A stretch of 43,542 nt of DNA from Octopus bimaculoides (GCF_001194135.2 NC_068985.1:119874625-119918166), one strand, 5' to 3'; positions 22,267 to 35,230 are shown, counted from the stretch's first letter. Program-made: numbers and translations. Notes: a model not told the origin generated them from the sequence alone.

Positions 22267-22379
22267 GCAGGCATACATACATACATGCATACATCCGCAC
22301 ACATATATATATACATATGTATATGGGTACATATAAATAGACTTATACACATTTGTATGTAAATATACATACATACGTA

Positions 22380-22414
<35 letters not shown>

Positions 22415-24399
22415 TTATAGAATATATATACGTATATTTGTGTGTCTATGTATATCAGACATCAAAGGCATAGAATACACGAATCAGCATTTTAATGAAG
22501 TACGTTTAAGATACATCAATTTACTGTATACATTCTGCCTATTTTGAAAGGAATAATCGAATTTCAAACATCTCTTTACGTAGATATAACGAAAATTTTC
22601 CTTGAATAATCACCATCTACCTTTTCTTTGTTCAGCAAATTCTCTGAAATACTATGCTACGCATATGCTCACTTCACTCATGTCATAATCATTCGATGGT
22701 AGACAATTATCAGTCAGTATGTTTAACAAAATAAACTGGAGCAAATTGATTAATTATATTGTATAGTTTTCCACTCTTTGGAAAGAAATTACTGTATTTA
22801 TACCTACTCATACATGAAACTTTGTCGCCAAAACTTGTCGTCTCGTTGTTTATAATTGTATAACAAACGACATCAGAATTCCCTAATAAATTCGCTCTTT
22901 TTCTTTTATCGTATGTTACTGCTTCAATGAAGAGATCATTTTCTTCTAAAGGTATATATAATGTGTGTCACGAATTCTAATAGCTATATCTTGTCATAAC
23001 ATTGGAATTGAACAACTTGTAATTTCAACATTTCGTCTTTAAACAGATTATGTATTTTTAATGATCATCTAAGTATTAAAAAAACTCGAATTTTAGAAAG
23101 AAAATGGTGAAGGTTACAACAGTCACAACATTTAATTATCTCATATTATATTTACTGCGTCTCATCACACAGAGGCCCCATAACAAACGTTTTACTCAAT
23201 TCTGCTCAGAACTGTTAAACATCTTACTTTTTAAATACAATATCATAATCGTGGGTTATGATGAAGGGTGAGATCAATTTACATATTTCATATGAAATTT
23301 GGTATGTTGTGTTATTGTTTAGCCACAGTTCTATCCTGAACTTGTACCACAAAGGTATTCCATTCAAAACCATCCGGCTATTCTTAAGACAACTGGCCAA
23401 ACTTATCTAATTTCCAGTTAGAGCGATTCTCTGGAATTATGATATCTCTTCAGAAAATATAATCACACATACACGCACACAAACAAACACATACACATAT
23501 ACGTATATATATATATATGTATATATATGTATATATACATATATATGTATATATATATATATGTATATATATGTATATATATATATATATGTATATATAT
23601 NNNNNNNNNNNNNNNNNNNNNNNNNNNNNNNNNNNNNNNNNNNNNNNNNNNNNNNNNNNNNNNNNNNNNNNNNNNNNNNNNNNNNNNNNNNNNNNNNNNN
23701 NNNNNNNNNNNNNNNNNNNNNNNNNNNNNNNNNNNNNNNNNNNNNNNNNNNNNNNNNNNNNNNNNNNNNNNNNNNNNNNNNNNNNNNNNNNNNNNNNNNA
23801 GAGAGAGAGTGAGAGAGAGAGAGAAAGATTGACAAAAAACTTTTAGAATTCAGCAGTCCAGCATGGCGAATGATTGGAAACAAATCAGTTGAAAGAAAGG
23901 GAGATAATAATTAAAAAGCAGTTGAATGAAAGGGAGATAATAAGGTGCTAGTGATTCCATCAAAAGAAGGTGCTTACGCGTGTGTGTATATGAGAATGTT
24001 GTGTATGTTTGACTAGGGGCGAGTGACTCTGATGTGTGTGAGCGTGTAGGTGTGTAACGTATGTGTGTGTGATGTGTGTAGCAGTGGATGTGTGCTTTTT
24101 CACGTGGTGTGTTTGTGTGCGTGTGTGTGTGTGATTAAACAGTGTGCACCATTAGTAAAAACTGTAGATTCATTGTTTTAAATTTTTCTTATGCACAAGT
24201 GAGAAAATATTGTATGGGAATGATAATTACAGAATTTGCGAATCTATCTCACTGTTCAAGCTAGGGTCATAGTATCCCACTTGAAGTGCATGGAGAGGGA
24301 TTGCAGAACAGCGCTACAATATACAGAGGAATAATGATGCGTACTATGTGTGAAAGTATCGAAGATAATGTAGTGGAATGTGTACAAAGACAGACCAGT

Positions 24400-25290
24400 G
24401 TGTATGCTCAACAAACACCATTGAGAAACAATATGGAAAGAAACAGCATCTTTCTGTACACCTACATGATCCAACACTCGGATAAGTCACAAAAACGGAG
24501 TCCATACGGGAAACTGAATCATCCTTCGTCATCATGAAACAGCGGAATAACGCCCTTCATCAACCGAAATAAATCCAAATATATTTATGATAATAGGAAT
24601 AATCTTAATATTAAGATGGACATAGACTTTAGGCAAGCTGACCACGCATTCTTTCTGACAAATAGAAATATCTAATAAACAGACAGTCAAAGCATGTAAA
24701 GAATGCAATTTGAAAATAAGTGTGTATAAGGCAATATCTTATCACCTAGTAAAAGAATAACCACATTGGATGACTCTCAAATTGGAGAAATAGTGTATTT
24801 CTAAGCCATAACGTATGGCATAACGTGTCACAGAGGATGTGAAAAAACAGATTGCACTGCCTTCTACTGTTTTCGGAAGGCTAACAAATGCAATGTTGAA
24901 TAAGTGTGTTATTAGCGACTTATTCGAAATCAGACTGTATAATGCCTATATGTTTCCAACTACAATCTTCGCCTCAGAAAAATGGGCCATAAAACCTGTA
25001 AGCACATGTGTTTTTAGAAGTGTTTGGTAAATATATTTACTGTCTATACTAAAAGTATCACTAGAAACAAACGTAGAAAAGCTTATTCAGGAAGTTCTCT
25101 TCGCATCACCGACATAAACACGGAGGTAATGAAAAGGAGGACTGAAATAACTCGCAGAGTATTAAATGCGTTGAACAAATAATTAGAAAGTTACTCAGTA
25201 ACTACGTTGAACAAGTGTTATGCCTAGACTACCAAAGTCCTTGCCCACGAAGTAAATTACGTAACAAGTAGACCTTCTAGATCTGTGAAG
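24400..25290 (+). mobile_element. Highly decayed RTE-like LINE reverse transcriptase 3' region
   Basis: DVKKQIALPSTVFGRLTNAM...EIRLYNAYMFPTTIFASEKWAIK matches the post-RT block DI..RIA.A..AFGRL...K.RLYNA..LP..LY.SE.W. Upstream LKISV.K and DIDF remnants are present. Boundaries are approximate. Confidence 0.7.
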
Positions 25291-25591
25291 TCATAGTACA
25301 ACCCCTCACGACAGGAGCAGAGCAGCCAACACAAGTGAGTGGCAGGGGCCCAGACAGCAGGGGAGAAAAAGAGGGACAGAAAGCGAGAGAAGGAAAGGGT
25401 TTGAAGAAAAATATACATTAGTGATGATATATATGCTTACACACAAATCACTCGCGCACATATATGAGCATGCACATTTGCTTGTGGGTGTTTGTATGAG
25501 AATGCATTTACGTATATATGAATACACGTGTATATCGTGTGGATTTCAGCATGTCTGTATAAAATATGCGTGTGTATATATATGTATATAT

Positions 25592-25907
25592 ACTCTTTTA
25601 CTCTTTTACTTGTTTCTGTCATTTAATTGCGGCTATGCTGGAGCCCCTCCTTTAGTCGAGCAAGTCGACCCCAGGGCTTGTTCTTTGTAAACCTTATACT
25701 TATTCTATCGGTCTCTTTTGCCGAACCGCTACGTTACGGGGACGTAAACACACCAGCATCGGTTGTCAAGCGATGTTGGGGGGACAACCACACACACACA
25801 TATATACATATATACGACGGGCTTCTTTCAGTTTCCGTCTACCAAATCCACACACAAGGCTTTGGTCGGCCCGAGGCTATAGTAGAAGACACTTGCCCAA
25901 GGTGCCA
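25592..25907 (-). mobile_element. SINE family A (head lost in gap)
   Basis: Collinear with 2031-2355, high identity. Confidence 0.92.
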
Positions 25908-26027
25908 NNNNNNNNNNNNNNNNNNNNNNNNNNNNNNNNNNNNNNNNNNNNNNNNNNNNNNNNNNNNNNNNNNNNNNNNNNNNNNNNNNNNNNNNNNNNN
26001 NNNNNNNNNNNNNNNNNNNNNNNNNNN

Positions 26028-26094
<67 letters not shown>

Positions 26095-26184
26095 TATATA
26101 CATATATACAGAGTGAGAAAGAGAGAGGAAAAGAGAAAGAGAGAAAGAGAGAGAGACACACAAATACATACATATGCACATCTG

Positions 26185-26381
26185 TTACATTTCGAAATTT
26201 AGGAGGTGGTGAACAATAGATTATATCGTACCCCCACCCAACACCTGACTGATACTTTAGTTTCTATCCTCCTCAAAGATGTAAGGAAAAGCTGACCTTG
26301 ACGAGATTTGACCTCAAAACGTATAGAGCCGGAACGACTACCACGAGGCATTGTGTGCGTGCTTTAACGATTCTGCAAATC
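26185..26381 (-). mobile_element. SINE family B, old copy
   Basis: GAAATTTAGGAGGTGG...GATTATATCG...CTGACTGATACTT...GAGATTTGACCTCAAAACGTA...TTAACGATTCTGC. Confidence 0.65.
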
Positions 26382-27727
26382 GAAGGTGAAGATTAAATGT
26401 TCAGTCTTACACGGTTCCAGTTCTCAGATCCTCCGTGTTTGACATTTATTTCTTTGATCTCATTTTCTATCATATGTCTCTTCTATAATGAACCTTAATC
26501 TGTATAAGCAACCTATATTTGATCAACTTGCGGGAATGTTTGCTTCTTTGATTGTCTATACGCTTATCGATTGTTGCATCTTACTCACCGTTGGTACATT
26601 AATACAGTTGGCTGGTAGGTTGCTGAATGGATTATGGTCTATATACATCAAAATTGACAGGCATATATATATATATTTCAGTACTTCACCTGGAAAAATA
26701 ACATTTTGCTAGAAAAAAAAACGACAACAACAGCACCTAACGTGTGACCCGCCAGTTGTGAGAAATAGCAACCAAATCACCCTCTACACTCACTATACTC
26801 TCTTGTAAATGTCGAATAACACATTAGGTTATATAGTTATAGATATTATAAAATGTCAAGAAGGTCAAGGCTTTACAGCTTATGATTATAGAATTACTCT
26901 CTCATGCTTGATCTGTACAAAGCAACAACAAAATCATCATCACCACCAACAACAACAACAATAGCAACAAATTAAAATAAATTATTTCTATCCGCTAATG
27001 GTTTATTAATATTTTCAATTCTACTCTTAACCCCTTTTATTCATTAGTTAACATATATTTTCGTAGGTTGTTTTCAATTCTCAAGGAAAACATTCATACA
27101 TACACACATAAGATTTTTACTGAAAATATTTTTCTGCACTTTCGAGATTTCCACTTTCGAGATTTCCACTTCCTACCAACAACGTAAACTTTCATTCACC
27201 ATTATCAAGATGATAGAAGAAAAAAGAAATAAAAAAACTCTATTCAAATGTAAAACTGAACTTAAAACAATATAAACACATTGAAGAAGAATACATTCAG
27301 CAGCAATCGTTAGAAAATGGTAAATAAAACAAAAATAATAAAAAACTATAAACGCGAATTGATAACTACGTCTACGAACATAATAACACCACGAAAACAT
27401 TTTTTGAAGATCCTTTACATCAGACAAAGATATCAAAAACAATATGTAGAAGGAAGCGAATAAAGAAGATACGTGAGGAGGCAAGTATTCTTCTAAAACT
27501 ACTAATTTGAATAATCCATATACGGCAAACCTGAAGATGGAAAATAGGAGGGTACATTATTCTCATTGTAACATACTCGATACTTAGCGAGGCATAAAAG
27601 ACTATTGGCTCTTAATCAAATATGTTGTGATGGCGGGCATATGAGATGACGTGTTTGGCTGAAGAACACAACACATCACTCGGTCTAGAAATTGAAATAC
27701 CGATCTAGCGAGCGAGAGTGTAATATC

Positions 27728-27777
<50 letters not shown>

Positions 27778-27805
27778 GTCTGTGTCTATCTGTCTGTCTG
27801 TCTAC

Positions 27806-27873
<68 letters not shown>

Positions 27874-27904
27874 TTATCTATCTATCTACGATAAATAACA
27901 TAAA

Positions 27905-27956
<52 letters not shown>

Positions 27957-27963
27957 CATATAT

Positions 27964-28400
27964 GGGTACAGGACGTCACCAACGGTGCAAATAACATGAA
28001 ATACGTAAACAAATGAGGAAAAACGAGTGAAATAAACGTAATCAACGAGAAAAGATCTCATGTTCCCTCTGTCTCTCTCACTCGTTGCTCACACGTGACC
28101 ATCGTCCATCTTTCTTTTCCTACACGCACGTTTAAACGAACGGACGTATTTTTTCTCTCTCTCTTCTATCTTTTGTCGTTTCAAAAAGTTGTTTCTCCCA
28201 GCTTTCACTATTTCCCTCTCCTTTTGGTCTAACGACCCTCCATGTTTGTTTTCGTTCGGTTTCCTTGTATGTCTCCACAGTCATTCTTTTCCCAAATTTG
28301 ACCCTCCATAAATCCTGAATTTTATTTTAGAATTTAAGGGAGTAACTTTCTTTGAATACTCATACTGTCGTTGAATGCTCGAAATGTGGATTAGGTAGGT
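27964..28400. repeat. Probable interspersed repeat, possibly related to Penelope pseudo-LTRs
   Basis: GGTACAGGACGTCACCAAC... and ...GTCGTTGAATGCTCGAAATG resemble an octopus repeat recalled from memory. There is no second copy in the window. Confidence 0.3.
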
Positions 28401-28545
28401 CTAATAAAAATGCTAATTATTCAAAAACAAACATTTATTTAATACGACAATTAATTAACAAAAATATAATCATAACGGACTTTATAATGAACATAATAAT
28501 ATGTTTGAATGGAAATAATACAAGAAATATGATGTCCTAAAGTTC

Positions 28546-29531
28546 TTAATGATGCATGTATGATCATCCACATGAGAGAACATCTCTGACACGTTTGTCA
28601 AGGTAACTATTTCATCTGGTGTAATACTATCAGCAGCATCTACAATAGCTTCCCAGAAAGCATCTTTCGTTGAAAACTGCCGTCCATCTTGATATCTCTT
28701 CCTCTTCAGAACACTCCATAGATTTTCAATGAGGTTTAAGTCGGGTGAACACGCTGGCCACCTCATCAAACGGCGTCCAGAGAAGCCCGGTTACTGTAGG
28801 TATTCCAGAAATTTCTTAGCTGCATGGGAAGGCACATTATCTTGCATGAATACTAGCGTTCTCTTTAATGAAACTTTCTGCTTCTTCAACTATGGCTTAA
28901 ACTTGCCCCACAAAAAGGCAACATAGGCATTAGGTGTCATTCTTAATTCCGTCTGGAACTTTCCAAGGACCAACGAACTTGTCTCCAATGATGCTAGCCC
29001 AAATCATGGCACCGCCTCCCCTTTGTTGGCGTCTGAAACGATGAAGACGATTTCTATTAATTGCATCCCATCCTTTAATAATTACAACCCATCTGGTCCG
29101 TCTAGGGTAGAATGGCATACGTCATTAAAGAGGACTTTTGAAAAATCTATCTTCATGTAGTCTTCTGCCCTTGACTCTATTTTGTTTATGAACAGCCCTC
29201 AGAGGGGGCCTTGTAACAGGTTTTACGTTCTTGGCTACCTGCTTCAGGAGGCAACTCCTGGTAGATTTCGAAATGACTTCCCTACTACAACGTTTAAACA
29301 CTTCTTGACTAGTCAGACATGTGTTCTTCGTTATACGTGACAGGGTACGCAAGGAAAACCCTCGATTTACCTTTGTCAGCTCTCGAATGGACAGCTGAAG
29401 ACTACAAATTTCTTCATAGTTCGATGATCTTTTTCCAGGATCTTTGATATTTCCAATGTCGTTTTTGCTTTTCCAAGTTCTGAGACGATGGTGGACTTCC
29501 CATTTGGTGTTAAATCACGTTTTTGACCCAT
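28546..29531 (-). pseudogene. Tc1-type transposase, DD37E (TRT-like), disrupted
   Basis: MGQKRDLT...TLEISKIL.KDHRTMKKFV; RPPL; FSKVLFND...TLDGPDG; RRQQRGGGAMIWA; FMQDNVPSHA...WPACSPDLNLIENLW. Exactly 37 residues lie between the second D and the E (one is a stop). There are several frameshifts. Confidence 0.92.
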
Positions 29532-29732
29532 AATAACACTTTTATTGTCCACTTGCCTAATAATTTAAGAAGATAAAACTGTTGCTGTTTCACGAAAACG
29601 GCCGCATTTGTTTGCATCTGCGCGGATCCAATTTATTTTTTTACTACAGTATGCACAAGCAGATTTTGCCATCATTCAGTGAAAAAATATCTGGATTCGG
29701 ACGAATAAATACTCTGTTATTTCGAAAAAACA

Positions 29733-29762
29733 GAGGTGCCTGATAATTTGATACGCAGTGTA
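29733..29762 (-). repeat. Candidate 5' TIR of the DD37E element with flanking TA
   Basis: The minus strand reads TA-CACTGCGTATCAAATTATCAGGCACCTC about 230 bp upstream of the ATG. A matching 3' TIR was not found near 28400-28500. Confidence 0.5.
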
Positions 29763-29871
29763 AATATCGTTAATAGCTTTCTCCAGTTACACTTTTCATG
29801 TTACAGATAAGAGAAGGAGAGAAAGAGTGAGGGTAAGAGAGAGAGGGAGAGAGAGAGATAGAGAGAGAGAG

Positions 29872-29960
29872 TGAGAAGTCGAGAGGGAGAGAGAGAGAAG
29901 TCGAGAGGGAGAGAAGTCGAGAGGGAGAGAAGTCGAGAGGGAGAGAAGTCGAGAGGGAGA
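29872..29960. repeat. GA-derived minisatellite (GAGAAGTCGAGAGG core, about 5 copies)
   Basis: Direct reading within a (GA)n tract at 29810-29993. Confidence 0.9.
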
Positions 29961-30108
29961 GAGAGAAGGAGAGAGAGAAGGAGAGAGAGAGAGTTAATAT
30001 AAGCTATGCATGATGACTGTTTATAGCTTATTGACATTTTGCTAATATATATTTCCGATGGATTTGATAATAATTATGTTGATAAAATTTAGGAAAATAA
30101 TAACGTAA

Positions 30109-30161
<53 letters not shown>

Positions 30162-30170
30162 TGTATGTGT

Positions 30171-30399
30171 GTTATTTCTTTACTACCCACAAGGGGCTAC
30201 ATACAGAGGGGACAAACAAGGACAGACAAACGGATTAAGTCGATTATACCGACCCCAGTGCGTAACTGATACTTATTTAATCGACCCCGAAAGGATGAAA
30301 GGCAAAGTCGACCTCGGCGGAATTTGAACTCAGAACGTAGCAGCAGACGAAATACCGCTAAGCATTTCGCCCGGCGTGCTAACGTTTCTGCCAGCTCGC
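30171..30399 (-). mobile_element. SINE family B, least-diverged copy, with a different 3' end
   Basis: Head GCGAGCTGGCAGAAACGTTAGCAC (A box)...GAGTTCAAATTCC (B box); core GGTCGACTTTGCCTTTCATCCTTTCGGGGTCGAT resembles the Deu/Nin SINE domain as recalled. The 3' segment differs from the 7591 and 13548 copies. Confidence 0.9.
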
Positions 30400-30983
30400 A
30401 TGTATGTGTGTGTGTGCGTGTGTGTATACACACATGGCAAAAATGCAAATGATATGATAAATTCGGTTTATTTGAAGATATCTTACGTTAATAAATATTT
30501 TCTCTTCTGAAAATTAGAATTCCTTTCGACATTTTGCATTAGGGCCAAGACATGTGATAAAAGTTAAATTATAATTACTTCGGATTCGCCGTGTTTCCTG
30601 ATATTACCGATGGTGACAAAAGTTCACTTCCAAAAGCACCCATCATATGACGGGTAACGCTTTACGAATAACCTTCGACACGATCAGCAGCGTCACGTTC
30701 CTTAGAACTAATGCAACTAATATCACAGCATTAGTAACGCGCAAATTATAAGTTGGTAAATGGCGACACCAATAATACTGTGGTTAGCATAGCTGTGTCT
30801 GCAGCAAGACATGTTGCCTACCAACAAAACGGTGTGTGAGAGAAAGAGCGAGAGGGAGGAAGAAAGAGAGATGGGAAGACATTAAGAGAGAGGGGAGAGA
30901 GGAAAACAGAGAGAGACAGAGAAGGGGAGGGGAAAGGGAGAGAAAGAAGGCTGTGGAGTTTTATGGCTGAAGTCAGATGTGCA

Positions 30984-31086
30984 GTAAGTAAAGTACCAAT
31001 GAACCCGTTAATGCTTCAACTAACATTACTCCTTCCATCGAACTTCATTCCTTTTTTTCATTCTCTGCTTATTCTTATACCCATAG
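30984..31086 (+). other. Candidate 103-nt intron in a 5' UTR
   Basis: Consensus donor GCA|GTAAGT at 30984, CTAAC branch motif at 31020-31024, long polypyrimidine tract, CATAG| acceptor at 31086. Confidence 0.45.
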
Positions 31087-31115
31087 AAATAAGATAATTT
31101 GTTTGCTGTTGCAAA

Positions 31116-31233
31116 ATGTTGGATTTACCCTTATTACAAGATATTTCAGAAGAAGCCATGTACGAGTGCAAAAACAAAATGGATTTGCAATACGATAATT
31201 TTTCTCAAGAAAGCTTTTCTCTCGTAACGCGAG
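31116..31233 (+). CDS. Candidate first coding exon of an unidentified host gene (MLDLPLLQDISEEAMYECKNKMDLQYDNFSQESFSLVTR, phase-1 donor)
   Basis: ATG in a CAAAATG context, in-frame upstream TAA at 31095-31097, 39 non-repetitive codons, GAG|GTATTT donor at 31234. No homolog was recognised. Confidence 0.4.
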
Positions 31234-31304
31234 GTATTTCTATACTAATATGTTTATTTTTAGTGATTTAGTGGATAATGACCTACACCAATGTAGGCGT
31301 TTCT

Positions 31305-31565
31305 ATGTATGTATGTATGTATGTATGTATGTATGTTTGTATGTATGTATGTATGTTTGTATATATGTTTGTATGTATGTTTGTAGGTATGTATGTATGT
31401 TTGTATGTATGTATGTATGTTTGTATGTATGTATGTTTGTATGTATGTTTGTATGTATGTTTGTAGGTATGTATGTATGTTTGTATGTAGGTATGTATGT
31501 TTGTATGTATGTATGTTTGTATGTATGTTTGTATGTATGTATGTATATTTGTAGGTAGGTATGTA
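31305..31565. repeat. Compound (TATG)/(TTTG)/(TAGG) microsatellite
   Basis: Direct reading. Confidence 0.95.
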
Positions 31566-31825
31566 TATATATACACTCCCGCACACACACACACACATAC
31601 GCACAAAGACACACACACACACAAACACACATACATATACACGCACATATATATAGAGAGAGTAAGATAGAGGGAGAGTAAAGAACTGCACAGGAGGACA
31701 AAGGAACCCACGGAAAGATTACATACAAGACGTGGACATACACATTCCCCATCAGTTAACAGCTAGAAATCAGAATAACTTCACGCCATAATCGATAACA
31801 TTGTTCGAATTGTTCGGCAAGACGC

Positions 31826-31888
31826 TGCAAGGCGTCGCCCCACCATGGCCGCAGCCTAAAGACTGAAAGAAGTAAAAGATAAAAGATA
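31826..31888 (+). mobile_element. Isolated 3' tail of the SINE-A type
   Basis: AAGGCGTCGCCCCACCATGGCCGCAGCCTAAAGACTGAAAGAAGTAAAAGATAAAAGATA; the upstream sequence does not match SINE A. Confidence 0.7.
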
Positions 31889-32056
31889 TACGAGATAGGT
31901 GAAAATGCGTGGAGTAGAAACAGTACTGTATATTTTTTTAATTACATTTATAATTTGTATATACTTATTTTATTATAAATGCAAAACAACACCACGGAGG
32001 AATCGGCATAAACTTAAATAATAAACCGCGAAAGGTGAAACGTGATATGACGACGG

Positions 32057-32096
<40 letters not shown>

Positions 32097-32825
32097 NNNN
32101 NNNNNNNNNNNNNNNNNNNNNNNNNNNNNNNNNNNNNNNNNNNNNNNNNNNNNNNNNNNNNNNNNNNNNNNNNNNNNNNNNNNNNNNNNNNNNNNNNNNN
32201 NNNNNNNNNNNNNNNNNNNNNNNNNNNNNNNNNNNNNNNNNNNNNNNNNNNNNNNNNNNNNNNNNNNNNNNNNNNNNNNNNNNNNNNNNNNNNNNNNNNN
32301 NNNNNNNNNNNNNNNNNNNNNNNNNNNNNNNNNNNNNNNNNNNNNNNNNNNNNNNNNNNNNNNNNNNNNNNNNNNNNNNNNNNNNNNNNNNNNNNNNNNN
32401 NNNNNNNNNNNNNNNNNNNNNNNNNNNNNNNNNNNNNNNNNNNNNNNNNNNNNNNNNNNNNNNNNNNNNNNNNNNNNNNNNNNNNNNNNNNNNNNNNNNN
32501 NNNNNNNNNNNNNNNNNNNNNNNNNNNNNNNNNNNNNNNNNNNNNNNNNNNNNNNNNNNNNNNNNNNNNNNNNNNNNNNNNNNNNNNNNNNNNNNNNNNN
32601 NNNNNNNNNNNNNNNNNNNNNNNNNNNNNNNNNNNNNNNNNNNNNNNNNNNNNNNNNNNNNNNNNNNNNNNNNNNNNNNNNNNNNNNNNNNNNNNNNNNN
32701 NNNNNNNNNNNNNNNNNNNNNNNNNNNNNNNNNNNNNNNNNNNNNNNNNNNNNNNNNNNNNNNNNNNNNNNNNNNNNNNNNNNNNNNNNNNNNNNNNNNN
32801 NNNNNNNNNNNNNNNNATATATATG

Positions 32826-32908
<83 letters not shown>

Positions 32909-33413
32909 GTGTGTGTGTGTGTATGCATTTGTGTTTGTTTATGCATGTAGGAGTGTATACATATTTTTCATCTACTTATATATATTTGTTGGTATGTTTG
33001 CGTGTGCTCTTCTAATCTCGTGCTTGTATCCCTTGTTAAAATTCCATGAATTGTTTGTACTTTGATGATGAATTAAAGTAAATTGCAGAAATTGCTTTGG
33101 AAACGCGCTCCCGTCATTAGGATCTTTTGTATTAACACATTTCTGTTTTGATTCTTAATTGTATAATTTATCCATAATTTATGTATAATATATGTAAATA
33201 TATAGAGACATATAAAGAATTTAGTTTAACTACAATGGATGATGGTGTATATATCTAGTCGTTTAATGTACTTAATGACTTATATGAATTTATCGCGTGG
33301 GCGATTACTTAGAGATGTCTTTTATTGTATAATCATGATTTATTTTGAATTACTTAGATTCGTTAGAGTGTTGGATAGAAAACCTCACAGTATTTGTGAA
33401 ACTCACTACGGTA

Positions 33414-33478
33414 CGTGTTGAAATTCAGCCGAGATCAACTTCCTATTTTACCTTTCGCGGTCGATAAAACGTTGTCAT
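33414..33478 (+). mobile_element. SINE family B core fragment
   Basis: GTGTTGAAATTCAGCCGAGATCAACTT...TACCTTTCGCGGTCGATAAA. Confidence 0.6.
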
Positions 33479-34289
33479 TCCAGGGCACTGGATTGGTGAG
33501 ACTGTTAGAGCGTCAAATATGCATCATTTGTTCGCGCTCAGTGCGGTCTGACTGCAATGACTATGATGACACTGGTGCCCAAGGATTAGATTTTCCTTTA
33601 ACTAAACATCTATGATATATAGATATGTGGCTTGTGTGCATGGACAACTGCCTGTATTGTTTGCGTAGATACATCGTCAGAGTTGATCGGTGATGGCATG
33701 TCCTAATTTCGGTCATTCGAGTCGAAAGATTTTGTAAAACTCATTGTAGTAGATCTTCTTTGGAACGCCTAATTCCACCACCGGCTAAGTGAGCCACTAA
33801 ACGTATATTTATTACATTTGTAAAACAGTTTTTAAAATAAAGAATTTGTACATAAACATTAATTCTAATACTTCGTTTAATCTAAGAACAGACTTTCTTC
33901 CATGTTATTCCTTCCATAAATTAGTCATGAGTATCTTTTTCATATGGTAAATTTACATAAGTTATGAAGCGGAATCACTTGTAGATCTCAATGTGAACGT
34001 TTCTGAAAAATCAATTGTTCTTAATGTAAATAAGGTGGAAGTATAGCTCAGCTTCCAATAAGGTAGTAATTGCATAACCTTTTTACTTTTTAGACAGGTA
34101 GCATACATCAACCTTTTCTTCTGTGTGTGTTATGGCTGTGGTCAAAAAATGGTCACAATGTAATGTTTATTATTTATAATCATACAGCGGTACCTTCGTG
34201 AAAAGAATTCGAATTATGCCAGAATGCCAAAACAGCAATCGAAGTAAAAGATCTGTTTTATAACATGGTTAGCTCTTTCTAAAAAGTTT

Positions 34290-35230
34290 CACCTGCTTTT
34301 TATTGAGATAGTTGGAATGATTACGCAAAATACGAAGTCGCCCTCTACACCCGAGTTAGCAATATTAAATGGAGAAAAATGGTTTAAAGCAAGTTAGAAA
34401 ATGAAGCATTCTATGAATAGGCCAAATAGCCAAATGCCCCTCTCAAATAATAGTTTATAGACGAATTAATGGATCTGTCAGCTGATATAGAAGAAAATGA
34501 TAGAATAAAGTTCAGGATTCGGAATTCGCTTTGCAAGCTAACAAATCAACTGACATTAATAACAAAGCAAAATTAATTGCATTTATTCGCTTAATTGAGC
34601 TGGACCGAAGCATGATTTAGGGATCTTTTTGCCTCAAAGAAAATCAATGTCAAGACTTCGCTGAAATTTTATCGGCATACCTTAAAAAGTAGAAATTTTC
34701 ATGAAAGTCATGTTTTAGAATTTGTACTGATAGGCCTCCGCACGGGGCAGGCCATATAAAAGGTCTTTTTGTGTCACTCAAAAAGCAGAAAATCATAATG
34801 TCATCCAGACGCATTGCATTCTTTCCATTAGCAGTTGAATAAAAAAATATATTGCATCAAATTGTTAAAAAAGTGAATTTCATTGAAAACTAACCATTGA
34901 AGACTCTTTTGTTTGAAGAAATGTGTATGGATTAGCATTTAAAGTTAAGCAGAGACGCTTAACTTTGCATGCCGAATTTAGATGGTTGTCTAAAGGTAGT
35001 GTGCTTCGTCAAATGTATGATCTTAGAGTTGGCCACTACTTTTTGAAGGAGAAAATTCCGAATTCTTTATTGAATATCGACAATACGAAAGTTAAATTTC
35101 TAGATTAGAATATTTAACAGACATACTTATCCATATTAATAGTGCCGTTATAAGTATACGAAGTAAAGCTCAAAATATTCTCACATTGATAGATAAACTA
35201 ACTGTATATCAGAAGCAAATTGCAATTTGA
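34290..35230 (+). pseudogene. hAT transposase remnant (Buster/Charlie/SPIN, ZBED5-like)
   Basis: MPLSNNS..RI.DLSADIEE; FALQANKSTDI..KA.LIAFIR (catalytic D mutated); ICTD; THCI; VKKVNFI...PLK..LF..MC; LHAEFRWLSKGSVL; LTDI...IN...DKL..YQKQI. Many stops; TIRs were not found. Confidence 0.88.

Noticed and set aside
27530-27630. CTGAAGA motif suggesting another hammerhead
   Set aside because: No GAAA with a pairing helix II or III follows; at best an unrecognisable pLTR remnant.
28363-28371. TACTGTCGT as the left TIR of the DD37E element, pairing with ACTACAGTA at about 29643-29651
   Set aside because: Only about 8 bp match. A better Tc1-like terminus exists at 29733-29762, and 28363 lies within a separate repeat.
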